Source: Octopus bimaculoides (lineage: Eukaryota). Taken from it: 64,000 nucleotides of DNA. Made by a program: the position numbers and the translations under genes. Under the pieces are notes generated by a model. The model was not told the origin of the DNA. It made no database searches and saw only the letters and a program-made list of their open reading frames with translations. Position 1 is the first letter of the stretch. Each line of letters starts with the position of its first letter. The stretch covers positions 152,565,125 to 152,629,124 of the forward strand of contig NC_068983.1 of NCBI RefSeq assembly GCF_001194135.2, read 5' to 3'. Below are positions 1-12,191 of this stretch, one piece after another.

Positions 1-599
1 CTGATTAGATTGATTTTTTTACTTGTCTTCTTGTATAGTTTTTCCATCTTACATATTTCGAAAGTGAATTTCATCAGTTATATTTTGATTGACCATTTTT
101 TACGTGCCTAAGTCCGTCGTTTTTTGTTCTTGCATTCTGCGTACTCACCACTATTAATATCTTTAAGTCTAATCTGTCAAATGTATCTATCGTACGCTAT
201 CTAATTATTTCTACAACTCTTGGGAACTCTACTTGTCGTTCCATATTTGACTCAAGATGTTAACTGGAACTATAGAATCTTTTAGCTTTGATCTCAGCTT
301 TTCTTGTTCTCTTTTGCTTTTTCTTCTCTCTGTCACTTTTTTCTCTATTCCTCTTTTTCTTCTCTTTCTTCCCCGCCTGCAACTCCCACTTCTTTATAGT
401 AAACTGATTTATATATTAATTTATTTTTCGAGAATGAAAAACAGAAAAGATAATATATGAAGAATCTCCCATACTTCATATCCGCAGAAAATTGGAGTAA
501 CATATCCCACTAATATATTGAAAGCCATGACTTATCACATCCTACACATACTTCGGAATTAGATAATCGTGTGCCGTTTATAATCTAATCCCAATCACG

Positions 600-1450
600 T
601 GGTTTCATCTTAGAAGGAAAACGCATGAGTCGTTTTGAAAAAATCGACTCTGGTATCAATTATAAAATATCTCTTGATTTATCGAAAATCTAAATGCCAT
701 TTTTAAGGTAATGTGACTTAGTAATGTGAATTGGTATGATTTATGCTCGCAGTGACAATGGTGAAACATTATTTGGGGAAGTAGTTCTTGTATAGCCGTA
801 AAAGGATGTGGCTTATTTGTTGCCTTGTACGTTGATGCGCTGCAGTTTAGTTAGCATTTCTAACGTGGATAGCTTTAATGACTGGAAGAAAAAACAGACA
901 GAAATGAAACAGATGTGTGAGGTTAAGGTTATAGAAATTCTATACTCAAACTCAAACTTCTAGTACTTTTTATGGCAAAGGGTTAGAAAAAGAAGTGTTG
1001 GGAAATAAAGCTAAATCGAATCAGAGAATAATACGAACTGTCAACCTTATTTGTACAGTATTACATCAATGCAGTTAGCAGCATTCTTCAACTCACCAAA
1101 TCAGCACATTAAACAATTTTTGGTTATCTCGGATGTACTAAGCAATGTATTTATTCAACATCAAAACTGACTTATGCTGACCAGTAAACAGTTATTATAT
1201 AATATGTTGATTTTGGTTGGAAATTTTAACCTACCTTCAGATTAGCTGTTTCAAAGACGAAGAAATGGTCAATATATAGAAAAGAAGTTGAATTTTGAAA
1301 ACTGTTGATGCGAGGAAACTGCAAATGTGAGGATATTACTGAAATCTTTTGCCCTGTGACTACTTCTACATTCATTATGAGCTTAGAAGTACTGAAAGGA
1401 ACTTGATACAATCATCCGATATGTGTTATAAAGCGGACACATTGGCAAGT
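600..1450 (+). mobile_element. Decayed Ty1/copia-like LTR retrotransposon RT/RNase H relic (frameshifted, stops)
   Basis: Manual translation gives motifs in copia order: WFHLRRK..KNRL / GINY (~600-665), SSCIAVKGCGLFVALYVDAL (813-842 = LFVALYVDAL, cf. LYVDDLL), SNVDSFNDWKKKQTEMKQMCEVKVIEI (cf. KKKL..EMKDLGE.K..LGIEI), IKQFFGYLGCTKQ (cf. VKRIFRYLKGTK), YVDFGW (1203-1220, cf. YSDADW). No LTRs recognised. Confidence 0.5.
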
Positions 1451-3306
1451 AAAGTGAACAGTCTTAAACAATTATGATATGGACAGAACTGGAACTTAAC
1501 TTGTGTATGATTCAATAGTACAGAGAAAACCTTTGAAGGAGTTGAGCTTGACCTGAAGAAAATGATGGATCTAGTTCATTCTTAGGAAAAGTTTCAAAAT
1601 CTCTCTGGTATAAGGGAGAAACGTTGAAACTGCATGTCAGACACTTTTACGGTACACATACTACAAAAAAATTACAGGCAAGCAAATAAACAATAACATT
1701 CATGAGGTGCATACGACACCACACTGAAAGGGAGCTTCTCGTACCTCAAAACAAAAATTCAGATATGGAGGGTTCATTAATAGTTTTCATTAGTTGTTTA
1801 TTGCCTGTCAAGAACGGAGGGTGAGGATGCAAATCTGTCTAAAACTAGTTCAATGACGTAGTCAACCTACGCAATGTACTTGATGTAGAGATGAAAAAGA
1901 AACATAGCGAAGCTGTACCTTCTGATATCTGTAACGAGTTCATAGAAGAAATTATCCACGTTGCTGTCTTTTTCACATACTACTCACATCTCACTCCATT
2001 TAAAAATATCTTTTACGTTTTAATGAAAATTTTCCGCGTTGAAGTCTTTCACTCCTTGGTCACATCTCATTCCATTAAAAAAAAAAAAATGTTTTACATT
2101 TTCTTGAATACCTTGTTGATACACTTGTGAAATTAGGAGCTCTTCCAATATATCTCTCCCTGATAGTTATTATTATTTATCAAAGATCATTCATCATGTT
2201 GACACTAAAAACGCATTAACCGAGAACCACGATGTTTCGCAAAATACTTAGTACGCTATACCTGCCAGTTGTGGAAACCATTAGTAGTCTAAAGATGATA
2301 AATTTGACCAATACATCAGTTTTTCAGTTGCCAAAATTAGGAAGGGTTTTGTAGATATTGTAATGTCAAACACGTAGATGTAAACCTTAATATAATTAGA
2401 TAAGTTGTTTATAGGAGATATGAATTTAACCCATCTCTGACTGTGTAACTTTTCTCTTCCAGTTCCAGTGGATGAACAAAATTTTTATAAATTTGGTTTA
2501 ACGTTTCAGTCTGTTATGATTTCACCAGACCTAAAAGACAAAGATTTCTTGAGGTCTTCATGCTGTACAACACATGCCCGACTCCTAGTAAGACTTCTGC
2601 TTCTACTCATATGACAATTATTTTTCTCGTTACATATCCATGTATTCCAGTCTTCATTTGTCACCACATTTCTTCTGTTTGTGATATTCAGACTTGTTTC
2701 AATATAATATAAATCTTTTATTAATACTTTTGTACAATTAGAAAATTATTTTTAATCACACTGTACCCAGCTTCTTTAACAATAAATTGAATTAACTGAA
2801 TTAAATATTAACTCGTATAGACCGAAACATAGGAGCATCTGTAATAAACACTTTTTAAAATTTTAATACCTCATACGATTTCAATGTGGTAGATATGTAT
2901 TAGCCATTCAAAATCAGATAAATATCGTTAAGTCACTTAAAAATCTATCAGTTTATGTGAAAACTTCCTCTCACCAAATGAGGGTTGATTCTACCGATGG
3001 TCTTCATTGGTTATTTTGTGTCTTCCGTTTTGCAATAGATTTAGTCTCAACACACTCAGGTCAGATCAGTTCGTTGGCAAGTACACCTCCATAATAATAT
3101 ATAATTATTCTCAATGTCTATTCTTATCTCAATTTTCTTAATTGACAATAGCTTTAAAATCCATTACTAGCGTCCCCATTACTCACATACACTAACATAT
3201 TAGTTGAAGTGTCAGGTTCAGCAGGGAACTGGGAGAATGCCTTGGGTTATACCACCGGGATGAACATTGTTTTATAATAAAATCTTAAGAAGCGGTAATC
3301 AAGTCT

Positions 3307-3308
3307 TT

Positions 3309-3362
<54 letters not shown>
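3307..3362. repeat. (TTTC)n microsatellite
   Basis: Direct reading. Confidence 0.97.
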
Positions 3363-3363
<1 letters not shown>

Positions 3364-4209
3364 GTTTGTATCTCACTCTTCCTCCCCTCCTACTCTCCCC
3401 CTCAAAGAAGCCGGCTGTTAGAAAAAGCTGTGAATGTTGAATGTGGCCTGCAGCACCAAGTTTGATGTCCCAAAAGATAGAATGTGCACAAGATCCCTCC
3501 CACAATCCCACGAATCCATTGGATTGGGATGTGACGGATTGAAAAAAGAAGAATGAATGTGTGTGCGTGTGTGTGTGTGTGNNNNNNNNNNNNNNNNNNN
3601 NNNNNNNNNNNNNNNNNNNNNNNNNNNNNNNNNNNNNNNNNNNNNNNNNNNNNNNNNNNNNNNNNNNNNNNNNNNNNNNNNNNNNNNNNNNNNNNNNNNN
3701 NNNNNNNNNNNNNNNNNNNNNNNNNNNNNNNNNNNNNNNNNNNNNNNNNNNNNNNNNNNNNNNNNNNNNNNNNNNNNNNNNNNNNNNNNNNNNNNNNNNN
3801 NNNNNNNNNNNNNNNNNNNNNNNNNNNNNNNNNNNNNNNNNNNNNNNNNNNNNNNNNNNNNNNNNNNNNNNNNNNNNNNNNNNNNNNNNNNNNNNNNNNN
3901 NNNNNNNNNNNNNNNNNNNNNNNNNNNNNNNNNNNNNNNNNNNNNNNNNNNNNNNNNNNNNNNNNNNNNNNNNNNNNNNNNNNNNNNNNNNNNNNNNNNN
4001 NNNNNNNNNNNNNNNNNNNNNNNNNNNNNNNNNNNNNNNNNNNNNNNNNNNNNNNNNNNNNNNNNNNNNNNNNNNNNNNNNNNNNNNNNNNNNNNNNNNN
4101 NNNNNNNNNNNNNNNNNNNNNNNNNNNNNNNNNNNNNNNNNNNNNNNNNNNNNNNNNNNNNNNNNNNNNNNNNNNNNNNNNNNNNNNNNNNNNNNNNNNN
4201 NNNNNNNNN

Positions 4210-4246
<37 letters not shown>

Positions 4247-4574
4247 GCTAAATGATAGGATTGCTTCAATACTTCAGGGGAAGTCTGAAGTATCTAAGCA
4301 ACCAGGGGATAGTTAAATCCGAAGGCACTCCTGGAAATTACTTGTATGCGTACCGTCTTCGCTAGAAGGTATCCAGAGGCAGGTAATTTATTGTTTAAAC
4401 CGCAGTTTATAATTATAACTATGTGGAGAATGGAGAAACAGACACTAGAAGAAGCAAGTCAATCGGGCTAGTTAGCCATTGATTTAATTATGTTGAGATT
4501 ATATAATGATATAATATAATATATATTTATATGTATGCATATGCACATACATATATGTACATATTTACATCTAT

Positions 4575-5273
4575 ATGTATATACATATGCATATATGGGT
4601 ACAGGAGGTTATAAAACGTAAATCACGTGAAATACGAAGTGCGAAAACATGGAATACGAATTTTGTTTGCGAACAACGAAAGAAAAAGAAGGAAAACAAG
4701 ACAAATAACATAAAGAACGACCCTTCATCAGTTTTCGGCTGTTTTATCTATTCCACATTTGGAGCAATTAGAACAAGTTGCGTCTTCGAGGAATAGTGCT
4801 TCTGCAATGCAAAATAAAATTTGGGATTTGCGTAGGGTCAAAGTTGGTAACAAAAAGAGGAAAGTGAAAACAAACAGTAAGGGCTGCTAAGCCATAACGA
4901 GGTGAGGTGGCGTACGCTGGTGAAAGAAGCTTTGAAAGGAGAAAAGATAGGAGGGGCGAGACGGACAGAAATGCACGTAATCTGAGTGGCAGATCAAAAG
5001 GAAAGAAAGAAGCTCAAGTTAGGAAAAGAAAGATAGCCGATGGTGAAGTGTGAGCAACGAGATAGTAAATGAGGAAGAGTGGGAATGACAGAGGAACAGA
5101 GAGAGAGAGAGAACGGTGAAGAGGAGAGGAAAAGAGTTAGAGAAAGGATGAGAGAGAACAATAAAAGGGGATGAAGGGGAGCTGAAGAGAATTTGAGAAA
5201 GGAAGAGAGAGAGGAAACGAAAGAGGGGAGAGAACAGTACAGAGAGTCACATCAAAATTATTATGACAAACTT
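4575..5273. repeat. Interspersed non-coding repeat 'family B', tandem copy 1
   Basis: Collinear with 5755-6367 from ATGTATATACATATGCATATATGGGTA through AAGAACGACCCTTCATCAGTTTTCGGCTG to ATCAAAATTATTA; also matches 51163-51336. Confidence 0.85.
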
Positions 5274-5284
5274 GTATGGTAATG

Positions 5285-6367
5285 GATGCGTGGCGTTCAA
5301 TCATATATNNNNNNNNNNNNNNNNNNNNNNNNNNNNNNNNNNNNNNNNNNNNNNNNNNNNNNNNNNNNNNNNNNNNNNNNNNNNNNNNNNNNNNNNNNNN
5401 NNNNNNNNNNNNNNNNNNNNNNNNNNNNNNNNNNNNNNNNNNNNNNNNNNNNNNNNNNNNNNNNNNNNNNNNNNNNNNNNNNNNNNNNNNNNNNNNNNNN
5501 NNNNNNNNNNNNNNNNNNNNNNNNNNNNNNNNNNNNNNNNNNNNNNNNNNNNNNNNNNNNNNNNNNNNNNNNNNNNNNNNNNNNNNNNNNNNNNNNNNNN
5601 NNNNNNNNNNNNNNNNNNNNNNNNNNNNNNNNNNNNNNNNNNNNNNNNNNNNNNNNNNNNNNNNNNNNNNNNNNNNNNNNNNNNNNNNNNNNNNNNNNNN
5701 NNNNNNNNATATATATTCTTCTATACATACATATATGTACATACTTACATCAATATGTATATACATATGCATATATGGGTAGAGATCGTCGTAAAACATA
5801 AACGTCATGAAATATGAAATGCGAAGACATGGAATACGGACATTTTATCGAACAACGACAAAAAACAAAGAGAAAACAAGGCAAATAACATAAAGAACGA
5901 CCCTTCATCAGTTTTCGGCTGTTTTATCTACTCCACATTTCGAGCAATTTACGACAAGATGTATCTTCGAGAACCAGTTGCTCCTGCAATGAAAAATGAA
6001 ATTTGGGATTTGCGTAGGGTCAAAGTTGGTTTACAAAACAGGAAAGTGAAAACAAACAGTAAGGGCTACTAAGCCATAACGAGGTGAGGTGCTGAAAAGA
6101 TAGGAGAAAAGATAGGAGAGGAGACAGACAGAAATGCGCGTAATCTGTGTGGCAGATCAAAAAGAAAGAAAGAAGCTCAAGTTAGGAAAAGAAAGATGGC
6201 CGATGGTCAAGTGTGAACAACAAGAGAGTAACGGGGGAAGAGTGGGAATAAGGGAGACAGATACAGAATGGTGAACGGAAAAACAGAAGAATTAGAGAAA
6301 GGAAGAGAGAGGAAACGAAGGAGGAGAGAGAAAAGTGCAGAATTATCAAAATTATTAAGATAAACTT
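5285..6367. repeat. Family B tandem copy 2 (contains N gap 5309-5709)
   Basis: Begins GATGCGTGGCGTTCAATCAT(AT)n; 5755-6367 aligns with copy 1. Confidence 0.85.
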
Positions 6368-6492
6368 TGCAAAAAGTTCGTATTCCATGTTTTCGTATTT
6401 CGTATTATATGTTGTTTACGTTTTATGACGTCCTGCACCCTTATATGCATCTGTATATACATACAAATGTAAGCATGTACATATATGTATGC

Positions 6493-6581
<89 letters not shown>

Positions 6582-6599
6582 GATTGAACGCCACACATC
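6368..6599. repeat. Family B truncated copy, inverted relative to copies 1-2
   Basis: GTTCGTATTCCATGTTTTCG...GACGTCCTGCACCCTTATATGCATCTGTATATACAT and TGATTGAACGCCACACATC are reverse complements of the left part of copy 2. Confidence 0.85.
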
Positions 6600-7032
6600 N
6601 NNNNNNNNNNNNNNNNNNNNNNNNNNNNNNNNNNNNNNNNNNNNNNNNNNNNNNNNNNNNNNNNNNNNNNNNNNNNNNNNNNNNNNNNNNNNNNNNNNNN
6701 NNNNNNNNNNNNNNNNNNNNNNNNNNNNNNNNNNNNNNNNNNNNNNNNNNNNNNNNNNNNNNNNNNNNNNNNNNNNNNNNNNNNNNNNNNNNNNNNNNNN
6801 NNNNNNNNNNNNNNNNNNNNNNNNNNNNNNNNNNNNNNNNNNNNNNNNNNNNNNNNNNNNNNNNNNNNNNNNNNNNNNNNNNNNNNNNNNNNNNNNNNNN
6901 NNNNNNNNNNNNNNNNNNNNNNNNNNNNNNNNNNNNNNNNNNNNNNNNNNNNNNNNNNNNNNNNNNNNNNNNNNNNNNNNNNNNNNNNNNNNNNNNNNNN
7001 NNNNNNNNNNNNATATATATATATATATATAT

Positions 7033-7530
7033 AAGCAATGTTAATTCTCTAAACGAGGTATTAACAGTAACTGCACAATAAAGTGAAGTATATTGCCACT
7101 TAAATGTGGCTGACCCCTAGGGGTGGATGTTACCGTTGCTCTTAACCCCGGGAGGACATCTCCTCCAGCTGGCTTATCAACACACTTCTGTGTCCTGTCT
7201 GTTTTTGTTTTGCCAAAGGAAGTTATCCCTCTCATCGTGATCTGTAGCACGAACGGACTCGAGTTTCAGGGTTATTTCCCTTCGTCAGCGTCCGATAGCC
7301 AACGATCTACGATGAGAAAGCTAATTCCTGGCCAAATTTATATGTCTTTTTCCAGTGAAATTATTCACTGATATCGAAAAAGTGAAAACAAGCAATGTTA
7401 ATTCTCTAAACGAGGTATTAACAGTAACTGCACGATAAAGTGAAGTATATTGCCACTTAAATGTGGCTGACCCCTAGGGGTGGATGTTACTGTTGCTTTT
7501 AGCCCCAGGAGGACATCTCCTCCAGCTGGC
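7033..7530 (-). mobile_element. 357-bp non-coding unit in partial tandem (7033-7173 repeated at 7390-7530) carrying a hammerhead ribozyme; candidate Penelope-like pLTR / retrozyme
   Basis: 141-bp direct repeat at 357-bp period with about 5 substitutions; hammerhead at 7250-7294; no credible ORF. Confidence 0.65.
7250..7294 (-). ncRNA. Minimal type I hammerhead ribozyme
   Basis: Minus strand reads CGGACG-CUGACGA-AGGG(AAAUAA)CCCU-GAAA-CUCGAG-UC^CGUUCG: complete core, 6-bp stem I, 4-bp stem II, palindromic ACUCGAGU stem III, GUC cleavage triplet (cut between 7256 and 7255). Confidence 0.85.
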
Positions 7531-7668
7531 GGGGTCAGCCACATTTAAGTGGCAATATACTTCACTTTATCGTGCAGTTACTGTTAATACCTCGTTTAGA
7601 GAATTAACATTGCTTGTTTTCACTTTTTCGATATCAGTGAATAATTTCACTGGAAAAAGACATATAAA
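7531..7668. repeat. 138-bp perfect inverted copy of 7337-7474, running into an N gap
   Basis: Exact reverse complement, including the CACGATAAAG variant of the second tandem copy. Confidence 0.9.
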
Positions 7669-8938
7669 NNNNNNNNNNNNNNNNNNNNNNNNNNNNNNNN
7701 NNNNNNNNNNNNNNNNNNNNNNNNNNNNNNNNNNNNNNNNNNNNNNNNNNNNNNNNNNNNNNNNNNNNNNNNNNNNNNNNNNNNNNNNNNNNNNNNNNNN
7801 NNNNNNNNNNNNNNNNNNNNNNNNNNNNNNNNNNNNNNNNNNNNNNNNNNNNNNNNNNNNNNNNNNNNNNNNNNNNNNNNNNNNNNNNNNNNNNNNNNNN
7901 NNNNNNNNNNNNNNNNNNNNNNNNNNNNNNNNNNNNNNNNNNNNNNNNNNNNNNNNNNNNNNNNNNNNNNNNNNNNNNNNNNNNNNNNNNNNNNNNNNNN
8001 NNNNNNNNNNNNNNNNNNNNNNNNNNNNNNNNNNNNNNNNNNNNNNNNNNNNNNNNNNNNNNNNNNNNNNNNNNNNNNNNNNNNNNNNNNNNNNNNNNNN
8101 NNNNNNNNNATATATATATCCATATATAAATATGCATGTGAGTAATTTGTACATTTCTATACCAAGAAGCAACCGACCAGAATACTTAAGTAAAGTTTGT
8201 ATGCATGTTCACTTTTAGAATAACAGTATCATTTAAAAAAATACCACCCAAACTCATTACCCATATTTCTGATAAGTCGTCCAGCTATCAACTGATCATT
8301 AAAACAATGAGCGTTCTCGAGTCAAAATTTCTTTGCATTCGTTAAATGATTATTTGTTGGTTTATTTTCATACACATGAATTCTATATTCACCTTTCTAT
8401 ATGAAGCACTATATATATATGCAATTACATTTGATACAATGTTCAGCCCATTAAGCTTGAGGTTTAATTAGATTTTCATATGTAAAAATAGAACAATCCA
8501 AGAGCCAACAGAAACAATGATTTAAAGTGCACCATACATATATACATACATACACATGCATATAAAGAAGTATAGACTATTTATACATTGCACGGAAGCA
8601 CACACACATGCACATACACCCACATGCAACTTCTGATTTACAAAAGAAAGTAAAGCATACTAATGTACGCCTGCACTATACTGTAAGCTGAGATTCGATA
8701 ATGAACAGAAATTCTCGCGTGCCTTTCCACCAATACATGTGTAGAATAAACATATGGGGATTCATTTCACATGTACATAGGCAAAGCATAAAGTCCTCCA
8801 ATCAAACATATATAAATTAATATAAATGTAAATGTAAATTTATACTCATCACATCTCCCACATACTTTACCTATTTCCATGTGTATACAAACGCAAATAC
8901 ATATATATATATATGTGTGTGTGTGCGCTATGTAGATA

Positions 8939-8996
<58 letters not shown>

Positions 8997-9626
8997 GCAT
9001 ATATATGTATATATCTGTACATGTGTAGATATGTATATTTGTCAGCACGCGCATACACAAGCACACAGACAGAGACACACACACATACATACGTATTATG
9101 CGTGAATACATGTATGTGTGCCTGAGTATATGTATCGAAAACATTAAAATGAAGATTAAAATTTGAAATGAGAAACGGGAAAAAGTAGAACAAGTATAAC
9201 GAAAGCAGTAAAAGAATGTACAATAAAGCAAAAGAAGAATAAAAAGAATATAATGAAAAAAACAACAACATAAAACAGAAAAGGGGAAAAACGGATTTAA
9301 TTGAGAATTCTATTCAAGAATAGTTTTGGAGATAAACATTCTTAATTTCTTTGCTTTTAGAAGTTTATAAATGTCGATTGCTGCTGTCTGCTGGTGTCCT
9401 TTGTGTTAAGGTCTTAAAAACACAGACAAAAAGACCAAAAGACAAAGAGACAAAGAGAGAACCTTTATGATGGCTATTCAACTCGGAATTGTCAAAAAAG
9501 AAATATAAATCATAAAGTATAAAACAAAGACAAAAAAAAAATAATAATAACTAAAAATGAATAAATACGTATAATATTGATAGATAGCTTACCAGCAGAT
9601 GTGAAAGGAATCAAGATAATACTTAC

Positions 9627-9691
<65 letters not shown>

Positions 9692-9723
9692 CAACTGTGA
9701 TGCTGATGACGATGATGATGATG

Positions 9724-9763
<40 letters not shown>

Positions 9764-9776
9764 TAATAATAATAAA
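9627..9776. repeat. Compound (AAT)n-(GAT)n-(AAT)n microsatellite
   Basis: Direct reading. Confidence 0.95.
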
Positions 9777-11941
9777 TGATGGACATTACTTTATAAATCA
9801 ACAAATACAACTACGAAAATCTATGAAAGGAATCATATTTCGCATAGAAATTCCAAATGATGAAGAAAGCTAAGAATAGTAAAAAATATATAATCAAACA
9901 AAAGAAATCATTGGAAGGAGAAGAAGAAGAAAATGAAAAGAATGTAATTCGAAAATAGAAGAAAAAGAAACGGGGGAAAAATCATAAAAGAAGAAAGAAA
10001 GAAGAATAGAAGATAAGAAGGTATGAGGAGGAGGGAGAGGAGGGTGACCAGGAGAAATAAGAGTTAGAAAAGACGAGATAAAGGGACCAACCCCAAACCA
10101 ATTTGGTTGCCAACTACACTCTTATGTGTGAAACAAAAGTTAGTACAGGCGTACACAAAGTATGTATATAGACTCTCTCTCCATCTCTCACTCTCAGCAT
10201 GTGTGCATATATGTGTGAGTATATTATGTGCGTGTATATATATGTATGTATATATACATATATATATATTGGTCATTTAGAGAATTAACATATATATATA
10301 TATATATATATATANNNNNNNNNNNNNNNNNNNNNNNNNNNNNNNNNNNNNNNNNNNNNNNNNNNNNNNNNNNNNNNNNNNNNNNNNNNNNNNNNNNNNN
10401 NNNNNNNNNNNNNNNNNNNNNNNNNNNNNNNNNNNNNNNNNNNNNNNNNNNNNNNNNNNNNNNNNNNNNNNNNNNNNNNNNNNNNNNNNNNNNNNNNNNN
10501 NNNNNNNNNNNNNNNNNNNNNNNNNNNNNNNNNNNNNNNNNNNNNNNNNNNNNNNNNNNNNNNNNNNNNNNNNNNNNNNNNNNNNNNNNNNNNNNNNNNN
10601 NNNNNNNNNNNNNNNNNNNNNNNNNNNNNTATATATATATATATATTTATATATATATACTCATTTATTATTTGTATCATATATATGCATACATATGTAT
10701 ACACACATATATATATATATATACATTCATACATATATGCATTATAAAGTTTCTGATTAGGTGACACAAACACAGACATTTTCAGCAGTTCAAGCGGAGG
10801 TTGGTAATATCAAATCACCAACATTGGTCGGTACTGTTCTCCTTTCATGTTGATACACTTATCTAATTACACGGTCAAATGGTCATTTATATTTTTCAGT
10901 TATTTTTTTTTTATATAAATATATTGCATTGATGGGTGATTCTGAAAAAGGTCAGAGGCCCATATGGCTTAAGAGATTATAGAGTACTATATATGTATGT
11001 ATGAATATTCATAGGAGTATCTATATATGATTCTAAATATATGTATGTGTACCTTTATGTGCATCTGTGTATGTTTGTGTGTGCACGTGTATGTGTGTAT
11101 ATGTGTGTGTATTATTCTTATTTATATGCGTAAATACAAATATACACTCATACATATGTATATGAATGCATATATATATGCAGACGTATAAATATATGGG
11201 TATATAAACATATGTATATTGTATATTTATGTATGTATCTATGCCTATTTGGATCGGCTGTCACACACGCACATAGAGGCATGCAAATATACGTGTATGT
11301 ATAGTTGTATGTGTGTATCTACGCGGGTGATAACATTTTTATTGGAAGATATATGTACATATGAATATTTATATATGTGTCAAAAATATATCTGTAGAAA
11401 GTTATTGTTGCTTACAAACTTTCACACACACTCACTCATACATTTACATACCTAGACACATATTTATTTGCTTCTCCACGTATGAATATGATGCAAATAT
11501 CTAGTCTCCATATACTTTACTTTCTGTTACTTTTTCCATACGATATAAGTACTGCTCAGAGGAGTTCACAGTTTCTCCATTATATATTTGAAGCCAAGTA
11601 TATATTGGAGTACATGCCTACACAAACAGACGCATATTTGCACATACTTAAATACATTTATCTATAAAGACTCTCATACATTTTGGTCTTTGCTCTCCTT
11701 CCCTGCTTTCCCACTTTCTATATATTAATCTTACTCTTTTTTCATTTCTCACTTTGTCGCACTCTTTATGCATATACACACACGGGACCCAGATAACTGT
11801 GACAACTGTTGAAACTAGATCAGGGTAGCTGTGACTGATACGAGGCCGCAGGGGGAACACATCCGTAGATGAAGACGAGTTCAGTCATCGTTACCCCACT
11901 GAGGTGAAGAGTATAGGCTAAAAGCCAAAACGCTTATGACC

Positions 11942-12070
11942 CTGAGATGCCTGTTGATGCCCACTATGTGAGGGTTTTCAGCATTGCGATGGATTTACAA
12001 GAGCTGCAAAACCCCTGAGTAGCTCCTGCTGTCTCTTCGTGGGGATATGCATCTCTGATGCTTATTTCGC

Positions 12071-12126
<56 letters not shown>

Positions 12127-12191
12127 CTGAGATGCCTGCTAATGCCCACTATGGGAGAGTTTTCAGCATCGCGATGGATTTACAAGAGCTG
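11942..12191. repeat. 65-bp direct repeat pair (11942-12006, 12127-12191), period 185, with internal (TA)n
   Basis: CTGAGATGCCTG..GCCCACTATG..TTTTCAGCAT.GCGATGGATTTACAAGAGCTG twice, about 6 mismatches. Confidence 0.85.

Noticed and set aside
51-80. Minus-strand CTGATGA...CGAAA
   Set aside because: No stem I or stem II pairing
3400-3550. More GC-rich island translating to FVGLWEGSCAHSIFWDIKLG (claudin-like GLW..C impression)
   Set aside because: Motif spacing is wrong, no convincing splice sites, and it lies between microsatellites
4725-4750. CTGATGAAGGG on the minus strand of family B (also ~5905 and ~51300) as a hammerhead
   Set aside because: No GAAA or stem II/III follows in any of the three copies
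9577-9873. Poly-Ile/Met, poly-Asp (28322, 40244), poly-Thr (31679) and poly-Ile (56439) ORFs
   Set aside because: Translations of trinucleotide microsatellites with no coding context
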